Shown one piece after another: positions 45,422-58,315 of a stretch of 64,000 bases of DNA. The notes beneath the pieces were generated by a model. The model was not told the DNA's origin. It worked only from the letters and a program-made list of their open reading frames with translations, and searched no databases. Position 1 is the stretch's first letter; each line of letters begins with the position of its first letter. Source of the stretch: Antedon mediterranea (taxonomy: Eukaryota; Animalia; Echinodermata); assembly GCF_964355755.1 (NCBI RefSeq), contig NC_092678.1, positions 450,422 through 514,421 of the forward strand, read 5' to 3'. The position numbers and the translations under genes were made by a program.

Positions 45422-48400
45422 TCATGAAATAATGCACTTCTTCTTACGAGAAGCTTTACGACTCGGCAACGACCTCGATTGAAGAGACTTTGACCTGTGT
45501 CTAGACGATGATTCCACGTACGTGATGCGTGGCTGACGACTACGATTAGCAAAGTAATCCTCTTCGTCCTCGGAGGACGATGAACTCATGTAGTCTCCCT
45601 TGATGTAATCTTTGAGTTGTTTTTCAAACGTGTTATCTGAATACGTCTTTTTAAGTTTACGAGATGTACGTTCAGAACGGTATTGTGGCTGCTCTCTCTC
45701 GAACGGCGCACGATGTCGTGGGGGCGGTGTTTTTCCTTTCCACGAACCTCGATACTTTCCGTTTTCTGATTGTCTTCCTTTTCTTGCACTTCCATTACTC
45801 CTTTCAATTGGCCAGTTCTCTTCTAACCGCAAATCTTCTGGTCTGGAATCTTCTACCCATGTGTCTTTCCGTCTGCCATCCATTCTTTCTGGTCTGGAAT
45901 CTTCTACCCATGTGTCTTTCCGTCTGCCATCCATTCTATGATCTTGTCTTTGAGGCGCCGTCTGTCTGTCCTCTGATCTTCTCTTATCGTACAACCTCTC
46001 ATCTGGTCTTCTACCATTCCTCATATACACATCCTCTTGTCTCCTTCTGTCCATCTTTCGATCACCATCAGTCGATGATGGTGGCATCGGCATATCTCCA
46101 GGATGGCCTGATGGATGCCAACCACCGTTCTGATCATGTGGTGAGGTGATCCTCTGTTCTTGTGAGCTAGGATATCCCGGTGGTCTATCATCTCTTTTCC
46201 ATTCCTTTAGCGGTGGTCTGGCACCACCTACAGTATTCGTTGCGGTCCTCATTTCATTATTGTTCCTTCTTAGTTCGTAATTCTTTGGTTGACTAAATCT
46301 TGCGGACCATGGGTCAGGTTTTGTGGAAGGTTTGCCTCCAAGACTTTGCGACGAACCACTGCGTCTTCGATCGGATGCCGACAAATGTCTGTTATCATCC
46401 TCTCTCCTTCTGTCTGCAGGACCAAAACTACTTCTCCGTCGCTCGTCTTCTTTGGAAGATTTTCTGAGATCTGGTAAAGACGTTCTGGAAAGTCTACTAG
46501 AGTTTTGAATAGTTCTTTTTGTCATTTCGTCATCAGTTGCCGGAATTATCTGATCTAAAATCACGTCATTAACATTAATGGGTTTGCGACTACGACTAGT
46601 TTGTAAATCTTGTGTCTTACTCTCGTGATCTGACTGAGTCCCGCTCTTTTTTAAAATCTCTCCACGACTACAAGAACTGCTACAATAAATTAGTCCATGT
46701 TTTGGCAGAAAAGGACGTCCAAGTAAAGTCACACCACACGTGTAACATTTAAAACATTTCTCCGTCGCATGCCAATGTTGACCTTCGTGTGACATTTGAC
46801 CCTGGTCAACACCGACAGGTTCTCCACACGTGTCGCAATATTCAGAGAACATTGATTCAAAACAATCGCAGCAATACGGCCGTCCTTCACGCATGATGTA
46901 TCGTTCTCCGCCAAGTTTCTTGTCGCATTCAAAGCAACAGAAGTGCTTCATATGCCAACTTCTCCCCTCTGCTTCAGTACATTCCTCAGCAAAAATTATC
47001 TATTGATAAAAAATAAAGACATTTTTTTTCAAATATTTGCATATTATTGTTCTGCTTAGACAATGCAATATACTACTGTATATGGCAGAGTATAACCCCA
47101 GTATAGTCTATTGATAAAAATAAAGATATTAAATGGTTACATGTATTCTTGGCAGGCAATGTAATCTTTATTATAAGAGAGAGAGAGGGGAAGAGGTTTT
47201 TACGTTTGTTTGTTATACAAATTTTCCTACTGCGCACATCCTTACACATAGTTGGGGGTAATAAGGAATAAAATTACCAAAATTGTACTGGAGATCCTTG
47301 CTGTTATACAGTACAATATTATTGTTTTACCAGTTGTTCAGATAAACTAAATAAACAATTAAGCTGCAAGGAAGTTCATAAATAAACTTTACACCTCTAG
47401 ATGACCCCATCCAGTCAAGATGACCCCATCCAGTCTAGATGATTCCATCCATCTTACCCCAGTTGTAATATAAATATACAAGTGTATACTTACTTCATCA
47501 CAAGCACAGCACCTTGGTTTGAGTGATTCTGAGTGATGCCTACCACAGTACAGCTTACCATCCCGGTAGAAATAGATCAGATCCACTAGCAGTTCAGTAC
47601 ACACACAGCATATGAAACATGCCGGATGCCAACATGCGTTGTGCCCGGCACGGGACGCAAACACCGCGATCTCACCACCATGAATACCGCCACCACACTG
47701 TGAAAACAAAAAGATTGGCATTCAAGAAGTTGTCTGGTTGTGTTTTCGCTTTTATTTATGATTGGATTATGATGAAATGAGAAAACCATTTAATATTGTT
47801 TTGCATAGAATTAAATAAAATTAATGTTGACATTTTATTGAAAGTTATTAATAAAATGGCATATTATTTTTATTATATCTATTTTATTTTATTTTATTCA
47901 ATCAAAACCAACAGCGATAAATACCGCCACTATTTAATTAATTAATTAATATATTTTTTTTCATTTATTGAAAGTTAATAGGAAAATGGCATACATTATT
48001 ATTGGTAAAATCATTGTAAGAATCAAAATTATAATCAACATCATCATAATCATGACATCATCATCATCATTATACAGTAGTATTATTCTAGTTCATGATT
48101 GATCATATCATCATATGATATCTAATACTGTTATTTTCACTACATTACTTATAGCTCACTATAAACGAATATGAAATTTGAATTTGATACTGAAATTATA
48201 GAGCATGGTTGTAAGATGATATCGTTCAAGTAAGTATCTTAAGAATAAGAGCCGAGCGGTTCTGTTAAAATTAGCATACAGGTGTCAAAACTAATTCATG
48301 AGATTGTATTTTATTTATATCGGTCAATTTAGTGCTGGAAAAAAAGATTAACAATATTGTGACTGTACGGTATAAAAAATAAGTTTATTAAGCAATGATT

Positions 48401-51400
48401 GAATGAATTCTAGAATTTATAACAGTTTTATAATGGTAAAATTACTTTATTTGGACACAAATTAGTTACTAATGTATTTTAAGCATGCATTGAAAGATTA
48501 TCAAAGATAAGTGGGATTTAGTTGAGGGCGATATAAAACCTATAATGAGATAGATAGATTACCGATATAAATAACATGAGGTAACTGAGGGAAACAGACA
48601 AATAAATAAAAATACAAATATGAAAACAAATTTTTTAAGTAGTTTATATGAGCCTCTGGTTTTACGGATTACGGATCAGAGGCTGATATATAAACTACTT
48701 AAACAATTGTAAAACATTCGTTGTATTTCCAAAATGTATAAAAACAAATATTAAAAAGAATGAAAAGATTACTAATTTTGTTCTTTTTTGGAGCAATAAA
48801 ATGATATTACAAATCATGAATATTCATGAGAAAGATAATGAGGTCGTTGAGGTCAAAGCAACTTTGGGGATTTCATCATAGAGGCCTATAGAGAGTAATA
48901 ACGTTTCTGAATCCATTATGCAATCTAGTTTGTGGCTCACAGGCGTAGATTCTATGAATAAAATTATTATGACTTTTATATAATATTATTCACATTTAAT
49001 GCATCCTCGGAAAATATACATAATTATACTGCTCACATTTAGCAATATTTTTAACATTTTGAACGGAAAGAAATAATTGTAAAAGTATTGAGAATGTAAA
49101 CTTTTCTGTTCATAAAGTTGCTGTTTATATTCAAAAATTGTTAGGTTGTCATCAAGTGTGTCTTGTTTTTAATAGTGAAACAATTACTTTATTAATTTAT
49201 TAATATTAATACATGTTGTACACAACAAATATTTTTAAATAGTCAAATATAATTTACCTGGTAGCAGACACAACCTGCTAAAGTAAGTGGTAGAGGGCGT
49301 GCTGTTCCCCTACCGAGAGCCTCTCGTTTTCGTTGCGCACTAAACAGACGCAACTCCTTCTTTTCCTCTTCACTTAAGCCGTTGCAATAACGCATCTCAT
49401 TATCGTGAGGGGGTAGTTGCTGTAGAAGCGAGCGGATGCGGTATTTCTCACCGGGACTGTTGACGTACGGCCGCTTCTCTTCGGGTAGCGAACACATGTA
49501 CTGATGAACCTTCGAAGACGAAGAGAAGATGAAGAAAAGATAAAAATAAGGTCAGAGGTCATTGACAGCCTAAGAAATCACATTATGATCAAAGAGCTTT
49601 TGCTGTGAAAGCTCCAATATTGTGGAACTCTACTCATTTTTAGCTTTTAAGACATCTTTTGCATCAAGTTTTTTCATTTATTTAACCATTTTTCCATTCA
49701 TCATCTTCCTTTACTGTGTACTTAGTTGTCAAATAAGAATTCAAAAAAAAAAGTGTTATTGTTATGTAGGTTGGGCACATTAAGAATGTGCTTAAATATT
49801 TGTTATTATTATTATTTTACTGTACAGTTAAGACATTACATTATTATTACAATGATATTGGTAAATGTTTTTTCAAAAATTAACATACAAATATAACATG
49901 GCACTGCCCATTATATTAGCCTAAATATTTTGATGGATACACTCAATATTTATGGAATGTACTCTATAAACTTGAACCATAAAAGACCCTGTTGAATCAG
50001 ATAAGCCGGTGTTAATTAGACTTAAGTACATATAGCCAAAGGGCCACAAAATTCCAATATCATTTTGATTTGAAAAATTAGTATAATTATATAGTGGAGT
50101 GAGTCATTCCTCCATGGCATTTGGTATTATGATTATTAAACCAAAAATAACCAACATTAAAAATCAAAATATTCAACATTAAGCAAACTCTTAAAAATCG
50201 TTGTTAAGTAATAAGTAACAATATTAGTGTTAGTTATGTGGCATTTAGATCTAAGTGATGACTTGAAATCCTTGTAGGCTGTGAGTCATGGTGATTAGTC
50301 CATGCTTTCTTCCATGAGCAATGATAAATAATTGGCGAGATGAACTTAAATGGACGATGGTATTTGATAGCACAAAGCAATGAAATATAAATTGATGAAA
50401 ATCAGTTGGATGGTCTTGAGTTCACAAAGGCAATGTGCACAAAACAAAGTGTACTGTACATAAGTAAAGTCATTTTAAATCAGTGTACATTTAAGTAACA
50501 GTGCATCAGGGTTTTAAGTCACTTATATTGTATTGTATATTTTTATTTATTTATTTTTTTCACCTAATATTTATAGAGGGTGACCCTAAACATGGTACTG
50601 TATGCTGACAATCAAGAAGCCCTCATGATGAGTTATGATAAGTGTCTGTGTGTGACACTGACAGTGGCTATACTAGTACACCGAGATAACACCCTCCACC
50701 CCCACCCCCTACTCGTCTTAAAAGATGTACTAGGTTCTTTAAAGTGCACATGAGCCAGATGTATACACTGGACCTACGGTTTATAGATTTGTTCTACCAC
50801 CATGGAGCGATTAAGGCTTGAACCCTTGCCGATGTTAATATGGCAAGGTATTACATTTCCACTGTCTGAACAACTCACTTAGTGTTTATAGTAAGTCACT
50901 TACTGTGTACCACCAGTACGGTACTGTACATCATTTGTTTTTAAAGTCAGTAGGCCTAACAGGTAAACCAGTGTTTTAAGTTAGTACGCTTGACTGGTCA
51001 TGTGCAGCCAAGCGTTCAAAAGAAGTTCAAAACAAATTAGGACAGGAGTATGTTTGCATTCGAGACAGAATGCTTAATTTGCATAATTTTCATTAAAGAA
51101 GTGATTCACTTTAAACATTAAAGTAACATAAAATGAGAAACAGACTTAATTCTGACCCACAATTCAACAAACTGAACTACTTAAGATTGTAACTTCACCA
51201 CTTTTTGTTAAAGGACAACTTGAGCGAGGACCATATTGTAACAACGTACAGTATTAGGAATGTTGTGAAATCATCCCTAAGTAATACGTTGTTAAAATAT
51301 GGTCCTTGCTCAAGTTGTCCTTTAAATTGTTATAGTTAAAAGTGAGCGTCTCTTTCCAAAATAAAAGCACTGCCCATTACTAGTCTGCAACTTAGTAAAT

Positions 51401-54400
51401 GAAGAATGTACAGATAGAATTATTGATTCGCTCTAGTGTACTGTATTACTGTATAATGTTATCATAATAGATGTATTCCGTACTTTCTTTCAAACTTTGA
51501 GCTTTACAGATCAAAATGATTTGAAATTAAGTTTAACCAAAGCCACGGCTGATAACATATCATTTGATAACCCTAAACATGGCTGGTATAAAGCACCACA
51601 CAAACTATCTTGCTTGGAAAATAAATCAATATTTGGGTTGGAAATCGTGACAGATATAGATCCCCAATTTGTTCGTTTGAAGTACCGGTACTCTGTTATT
51701 GAAAACAAATATTTAACGATCTGGATGGAATAAAAGGTAATTCTGTTAGCGTTACTCTAGTTGTTTGCACTAGTTTGTTTAAATTCTTTAGTTGTGGTTG
51801 TTTTTATCTCAAATTAATAAAATGTTAGCTGTGTCTGAATTTCAGACAGTACTGTAATGATAATACATTTATAATCTCAAAACACTATATTATACTATAG
51901 ATAGTAGTCATTAAAAAGAACATGAAAATATTTGACCATTCCTTGTGGGCCTGATGTAGTACCAGGGATTATATTCAGCTGGACTATTGGTCAGATTTTA
52001 CATAGCGGTCATAGCCTGCAGACCTGTACTAATTGAACATTATATTATTTATTTGTATTTATTTTGGAGACAAGTCTCCCGGAGAGGCTAGTAGCAACAT
52101 AGCTGTTAAGGCTAGTAGGTAATTTTGCGGCCTCTCCCTTAACTAATCGTAATTTACAACAAAAAAGTTGGAAAAAAAAGGTTGCTTTTAAATGATGCAA
52201 ATGTTTGTGAATCAACAACAGATTGAGGCAACTGTTACTGTCCCTTTAAGATGTTCACCTTATGGGTATACATCCTTTGTACACTCTATGAAAACAATGT
52301 TCTTAATTACATCCCATACTGTGAGGAGACTCCAACTAAATTAGTTAAAGTGTGACTCCTGGCTCTATCAAAAACAATATCCATTGGTTGTTCACCCTTC
52401 TGTGTCATGTGACTCCTGGCTCTATCAAAAACAATATCCATTGGTTGTTCACCCTTCTGTGTCTTGTAAATTATTATAAGTAGAACAATTTATACTCAAT
52501 ATTATTGCAAGCAGTGGCGGATCAAGGATTTTGAAATGAGGGAGCGAGGGTCTAAAACTGGTGAAATAAAGAGCTGAACTTAATCTAATGTCCTATTTTT
52601 TGCATCTTTTCAATTTAGTGGGTGCCCAGGCTGCAAGGATATACTGTAATTATTCTGGGTAGACTCCACCAACTCTACAGCTTATTTATATTTCCGCATT
52701 CTGTACTGGCAGCACCCACATATAGAAAGGTACTGTACAGTACATGACGTTTTATTTTGTTCCCATCCATTCTTAATTTGATTATAACGTCATGAGGAAA
52801 TTTCCCAAATGATCGAAATCAAAAACGGTACTGGGGACTCAACCAACTATATTTAAGGTATTGTATATTTCCACATACAGTACCTGTATAGTACTGTACT
52901 GGCAGTGGCACCCACCTAAAGGAAGGTACAGTACCTGAAGTACTGTTTCATTTTTGTCCCATCCATCCCACATCAAGACTATTTTAGCGACATTACTGAG
53001 CATGAAACCATGTCAAAGTAAATCAATTATTCATTTTATTCACGTTTTAAGAACAAAATGCCAATCTCATCTATCACAATATTGGCTTTAAAAACCTGAT
53101 TAAAGATGATATGTAATAACGAGTTAAGGAACAGTTTGAATCCTATAATAATTACTTTATTAGAAAGTGAGACAGTTTGGCGGGAGGAAGTGTAAACATG
53201 CTAGTATTCTAATAGGATTGTATATGATTGAATAATCTATGAATAAACACTGATGAAAAACCTCTAAACTATATAAGGTACTGTAGTAGTCACTGACTTG
53301 ACAGAATGGAACATAAATGGGAAGGGGGTTGTAATGAAGGAAGGCTTATGATCTGGTATTGCATTGCGAGTGGCCAAGTGGTTAAGACAGTGGAACCGTC
53401 CAGTGTACACACTGCTCGTGTGCACTTTCAGTATGTCTGCTTGTTGAAGACAATGAGAATTCAAACAGAATATTAGCCCCATGTTCTATCGTCCTCCTCC
53501 CTCCCTAAAATCCTTAGTGATGTTCTTATACAATACAATATACATGAAATGGAAATTGAAAAATTGATTGATTGGTTCCAGGGGTAATAAATAATAAATA
53601 TACATTAAAATATACAAAATTGACCATTCATACTTTGATCACACATTACTGGTCATTGAGTGACCATTCATACTTTGATCACACATTACTGGTCATTGAG
53701 TGACCATTCATACTTTGATCACACATTACTGGTGGTCATTGAGTGCCACCATTCATACTTTGATCACACATTACTGGTCATTGAGTGCCCATTCATACTT
53801 TGATCACACATTACTGGTCATTGAGTGACCATTCATACTTTGATCACACATTACTGGTCATTGAGTGACCATTCATACTTTGATCACACATTACTGGTCA
53901 TTGAGTGCCCATTCATACTTTGATCACACATTACTGGTCATTGAGTGCCCATTCATACTTTGATCACACATTACTGGTCATTGAGTGACCATTCATACTT
54001 TGATCACACATTACTGGTCATTGAGTGCCACCATTCATACTTTGATCACACATTACTGGTCATTGAGTGCCCATTCATACTTTGATCACACATTACTGGT
54101 CATTGAGTGCCACCATTCATACTTTGATCACACATTACTGGTCATTGAGTGCCCATTCATACTTTGATCACACATTACTGGTCATTGAGTGCCCATTCAT
54201 ACTTTGATCACACATTACTGGTCATTGAGTGACCATTCATACTTTGATCACACATTACTGGTCATTGAGTGCCCATTCATACTTTGATCACACATTACTG
54301 GTCATTGAGTGCCCATTCATACTTTGATCACACATTACTGGTCATTGAGTGACCATTCATACTTTGATCACACATTACTGGTCATTGAGTGACCATTCAT

Positions 54401-56500
54401 ACTTTGATCACACATTACTGGTCATTGAGTGCCCATTCATACTTTGATCACACATTACTGGTCATTGAGTGCCACCATTCATACTTTGATCACACATTAC
54501 TGGTCATTAAGTGCCACCATTCATACTTTGATCACACATTACTGGTCATTGAGTGACCATTCATACTTTGATCACACATTACTGGTCATTGAGTGACCAT
54601 TCATACTTTGATCACACATTACTGGTCATTGAGTGACCATTCATACTTTGATCACACATTACTGGTCATTGAGTGCCCATTCATACTTTGATCAAACATT
54701 ACTGGTCATTGAGTGCCACCATTCATATTTTGATCACACATTACTGGTCATTGAGTGCCACCATTCATACTTTGATCACACATTACTGGTCATTAAGTGC
54801 CACCATTCATACTTTGATCACACATTACTGGTCATTGAGTGCCACCATTCATACTTTGATCACACATTACTGGTCATTGAGTGCCACCATTCATACTTTG
54901 ATCACACATTACTGGTCATTGAGTGCCACCATTCATACTTTGATCACACATTACTGGTCATTGAGTGCCACCATTCATACTTTGATCACACATTACTGGT
55001 CATTGAGTGCCCATTCATACTTTGATCACACATTACTGGTCATTGAGTGACCATTCATACTTTGATCACACATTACTGGTCATTGAGTGCCCTAATGGCT
55101 GACACATTACTGGTGGTCATTGAGTGCCACCATTCATACTTTGATCACACATTACTGGTCATTGAGTGCCCATTCATACTTTGATCACACATTACTGGTC
55201 ATTGAGTGCCACCATTCATACTTTGATCACACATTACTGGTCATTGAGTGCCACCATTCATATTTTGATCACACATTACTGGTCATTGAGTGCCACCATT
55301 CATACTTTGATCACACATTACTGGTCATTGAGTGCCCATTCATACTTTGATCACACATTACTGGTCATTAAGTGCCCATTCATACTTTGATCACACATTA
55401 CTGGTCATTGAGTGCCACCATTCATATTTTGATCACACATTACTGGTCATTGAGTGCCACCATTCATACTTTGATCACACATTACTGGTCATTAAGTGCC
55501 ACCATTCATACTTTGATCACACATTACTGGTCATTGAGTGCCACCATTCATACTTTGATCACACATTACTGGTCATTGAGTGCCACCATTCATACTTTGA
55601 TCACACATTACTGGTCATTGAGTGCCACCATTCATACTTTGATCACACATTACTGGTCATTGAGTGCCACCATTCATACTTTGATCACACATTACTGGTC
55701 ATTGAGTGCCCATTCATACTTTGATCACACATTACTGGTCATTGAGTGCCACCATTCATACTTTGATCACACATTACTGGTCATTGAGTGCCCATTCATA
55801 CTTTGATCACACATTACTGGTCATTGAGTGCCACCATTCATACTTTGATCACACATTACTGGTCATTAAGTGCCACCATTCATACTTTGATCACACATTA
55901 CTGGTCATTGAGTGCCACCATTCATACTTTGATCACACATTACTGGTCATTGAGTGCCACCATTCATACTTTGATCACACATTACTGGTCATTGAGTGCC
56001 ACCATTCATACTTTGATCACACATTACTGGTCATTGAGTGCCACCATTCATACTTTGATCACACATTACTGGTCATTGAGTGCCACCATTCATACTTTGA
56101 TCACACATTACTGGTCATTGAGTGCCCTAATGGCTGACACATTACTGGTCATTGAGTGCCCTAATGGCTGACACATTACTGGTCATTGAGTGCCCTAATG
56201 GCTGACAGGGAAAAACTGTCTAATGACCTATTTTTTTTGGTAGATATAGATTTATAGTGTTTATTTTATTACTTGTTAATATACCAGATTTACCAATAAC
56301 TGTAACTTAAGGATGAACTTACCTGCTCAGCTTTGAGTCCAGGTGGCAGCCAGGTGTACTCCTCCAGGACACAGCCACTGTCATCATCAGATGCTGACCC
56401 TCGTTGAAAGTCCTGAATCATCCGACTGACCGTTCTCTCTTGGTCATTAGCCATCACACGGTGATCTTCTCGTGGACATTTACAATGAAGGCATATTTTC
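45422..56500 (-). CDS. PRICKLE: Prickle planar cell polarity protein (Cys-rich, PET, 3 LIM, CAAX); 5' exon(s) not found in window
   Basis: Exons 56500-56323, 49509-49258, 47697-47494, 46999-45422. [66 protein letters not shown], ends KKKCIIS. Confidence 0.95.
50545..50880 (-). mobile_element. SINE family B copy
   Basis: AGATGTACTAGGTTCTTTAAAGTGCACATGAGCCAGATGTATACACT identical to the 22470 copy. Confidence 0.75.
51212..51321. mobile_element. 110-bp palindromic MITE with TTAA flanks (Kolobok-like)
   Basis: TTAA-AGGACAACTTGAGC...GCTCAAGTTGTCCT-TTAA, ~38-bp inverted arms. Confidence 0.8.
52352..52465. repeat. ~58-bp tandem duplication
   Basis: TGTGACTCCTGGCTCTATCAAAAACAATATCCATTGGTTGTTCACCCTTCTGTGTC x2. 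Confidence 0.9.
53367..53430 (+). mobile_element. SINE family B head fragment
   Basis: GCGAGTGGCCAAGTGGTTAAGACAGTGGAACCG (box A) joined to body motif GTGCACTTT. Confidence 0.6.
53621..56206. repeat. 40/42-bp minisatellite (~62 copies) with 34-bp terminal variant
   Basis: CCATTCATACTTTGATCACACATTACTGGTCATTGAGTG(A/C/CCA). Confidence 0.97.
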
Positions 56501-56762
56501 CTGGAAAGACACAAACAAAATACACTGTATGAAACCAATTGTTTGGTGTATAGTACATATATTTACTGTGTACACTAAAGTACAATAGTTAACACTAAGT
56601 GCTTCACAAAATATTTTCCTCACTGTATGGTAGGTTAATTCCAGTGATTCACAAGTAAAAACTGGAGCTAAATTTACAGTATATTTTAAAAAGCATAAAG
56701 AATAAAATGCATTCCCTTGTATACTAACAATTAAAATAATGCTGAAATCTATAAATAAGCTA

Positions 56763-57478
56763 CCATGTCACCAAGAAGTAAAGTCAACCATGTCACCAAG
56801 AGGTAAAGTCAACCATGTCACCAAGAGGTAAAGTCAACCATGTCACCAAGAGGTAAAGTCAACCATGTCACCAAGAGGTAAAGTCAACCATGTCACCAAG
56901 AGGTAAAGTCAACCATGTCACCAAGAGGTAAAGTCAACCATGTCACCAAGAGGTAAAGTCAACCATGTCACCAAGAGGTAAAGTCAACCATGTCACCAAG
57001 AGGTAAAGTCAACCATGTCACCAAGAGGTAAAGTCAACCATGTCACCAAGAGGTAAAGTCAACCATGTCACCAAGAGGTAAAGTCAACCATGTCACCAAG
57101 AGGTAAAGTCAACCATGTCACCAAGAGGTAAAGTCAACCATGTCACCAAGAGGTAAAGTCAACCATGTCACCAAGAGGTAAAGTCAACCATGTCACCAAG
57201 AGGTAAAGTCAACCATGTCACCAAGAGGTAAAGTCAACCATGTCACCAAGAGGTAAAGTCAACCATGTCACCAAGAGGTAAAGTCAACCATGTCACCAAG
57301 AGGTAAAGTCAACCATGTCACCAAGAGGTAAAGTCAACCATGTCACCAAGAGGTAAAGTCAACCATGTCACCAAGAGGTAAAGTCAACCATGTCACCAAG
57401 AGGTAAAGTCAACCATGTCACCAAGAGGTAAAGTCAACCATGTCACCAAGAGGTAAAGTCAACCATGTCACCAAGAGG
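56763..57478. repeat. 25-bp minisatellite x~28
   Basis: CCATGTCACCAAGAGGTAAAGTCAA, essentially invariant. Confidence 0.97.
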
Positions 57479-58315
57479 TGAAAACTAAGCAACATACTTA
57501 AACTACCAGTAGCTGTGTTAAGCGCAATACAAACTTACTGTTAATGTCTAATGTGATTCAATCTAATAATACATTTCCATGATAAACTAGAATTACTGCA
57601 TGTAAATACTTTAGTATTTTTATAGCATTTCGCGCACTTTGGTCTTAAGTAGCGGCTTCTCTTCAGACTGCTAAGTTATGTTTATCCTATTATTACATCA
57701 GAACACAGCACTTAAACTACACTTGATTGCAGCTTAACACCAATCTCTTTGTTCTTAACTTCAACCAATACTTGAGTTGAGTACAGTATATCAAGCAAAA
57801 TAAGAAAATACACAAAACCAAATAAAACAATGGAATGAGGTTTGTTTACACCCGCAAAGAAAAAAGACGATTTCTACCGTGAGAATTAAAAGAAATCAAC
57901 TTTGTCTGAGCTCAATTTGAACTAATGAATTGGGAACAATAAATTTTAAGCCGAGTAGAGATATACAATATGATACAATTATAAAGTAAAGTACTAAGTT
58001 GCTGTTATTATATATACTTGACTTGTTTTTATAAAAGGTAAGCAAATGACACAAACCAATAGTGGTGTTATTGTAGTAGTCTATTAGTGCCGCTTACGTG
58101 GCTAAACCGACAATAGCCCGTCAGAGGGAGGGCTTACTAGATACGAAAAGTTCCTAGAAAACTCATGAACCATAATGGACTAGTCCGCAACTATGGCCTC
58201 GTGTGGGAATGTTCTAACTTTCTTTTCGTAACGTTACGACGTGAAAAGAATAGTAAACAAATAATGCGAAACAATGTTCGCATTACAGTATTTATTATTT
58301 GTGTACACTTTTACT

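Noticed and set aside
53985-56171. His-rich repeat ORFs
   Set aside because: By-product of 42-bp units; broken by 40-bp units; antisense in an intron.
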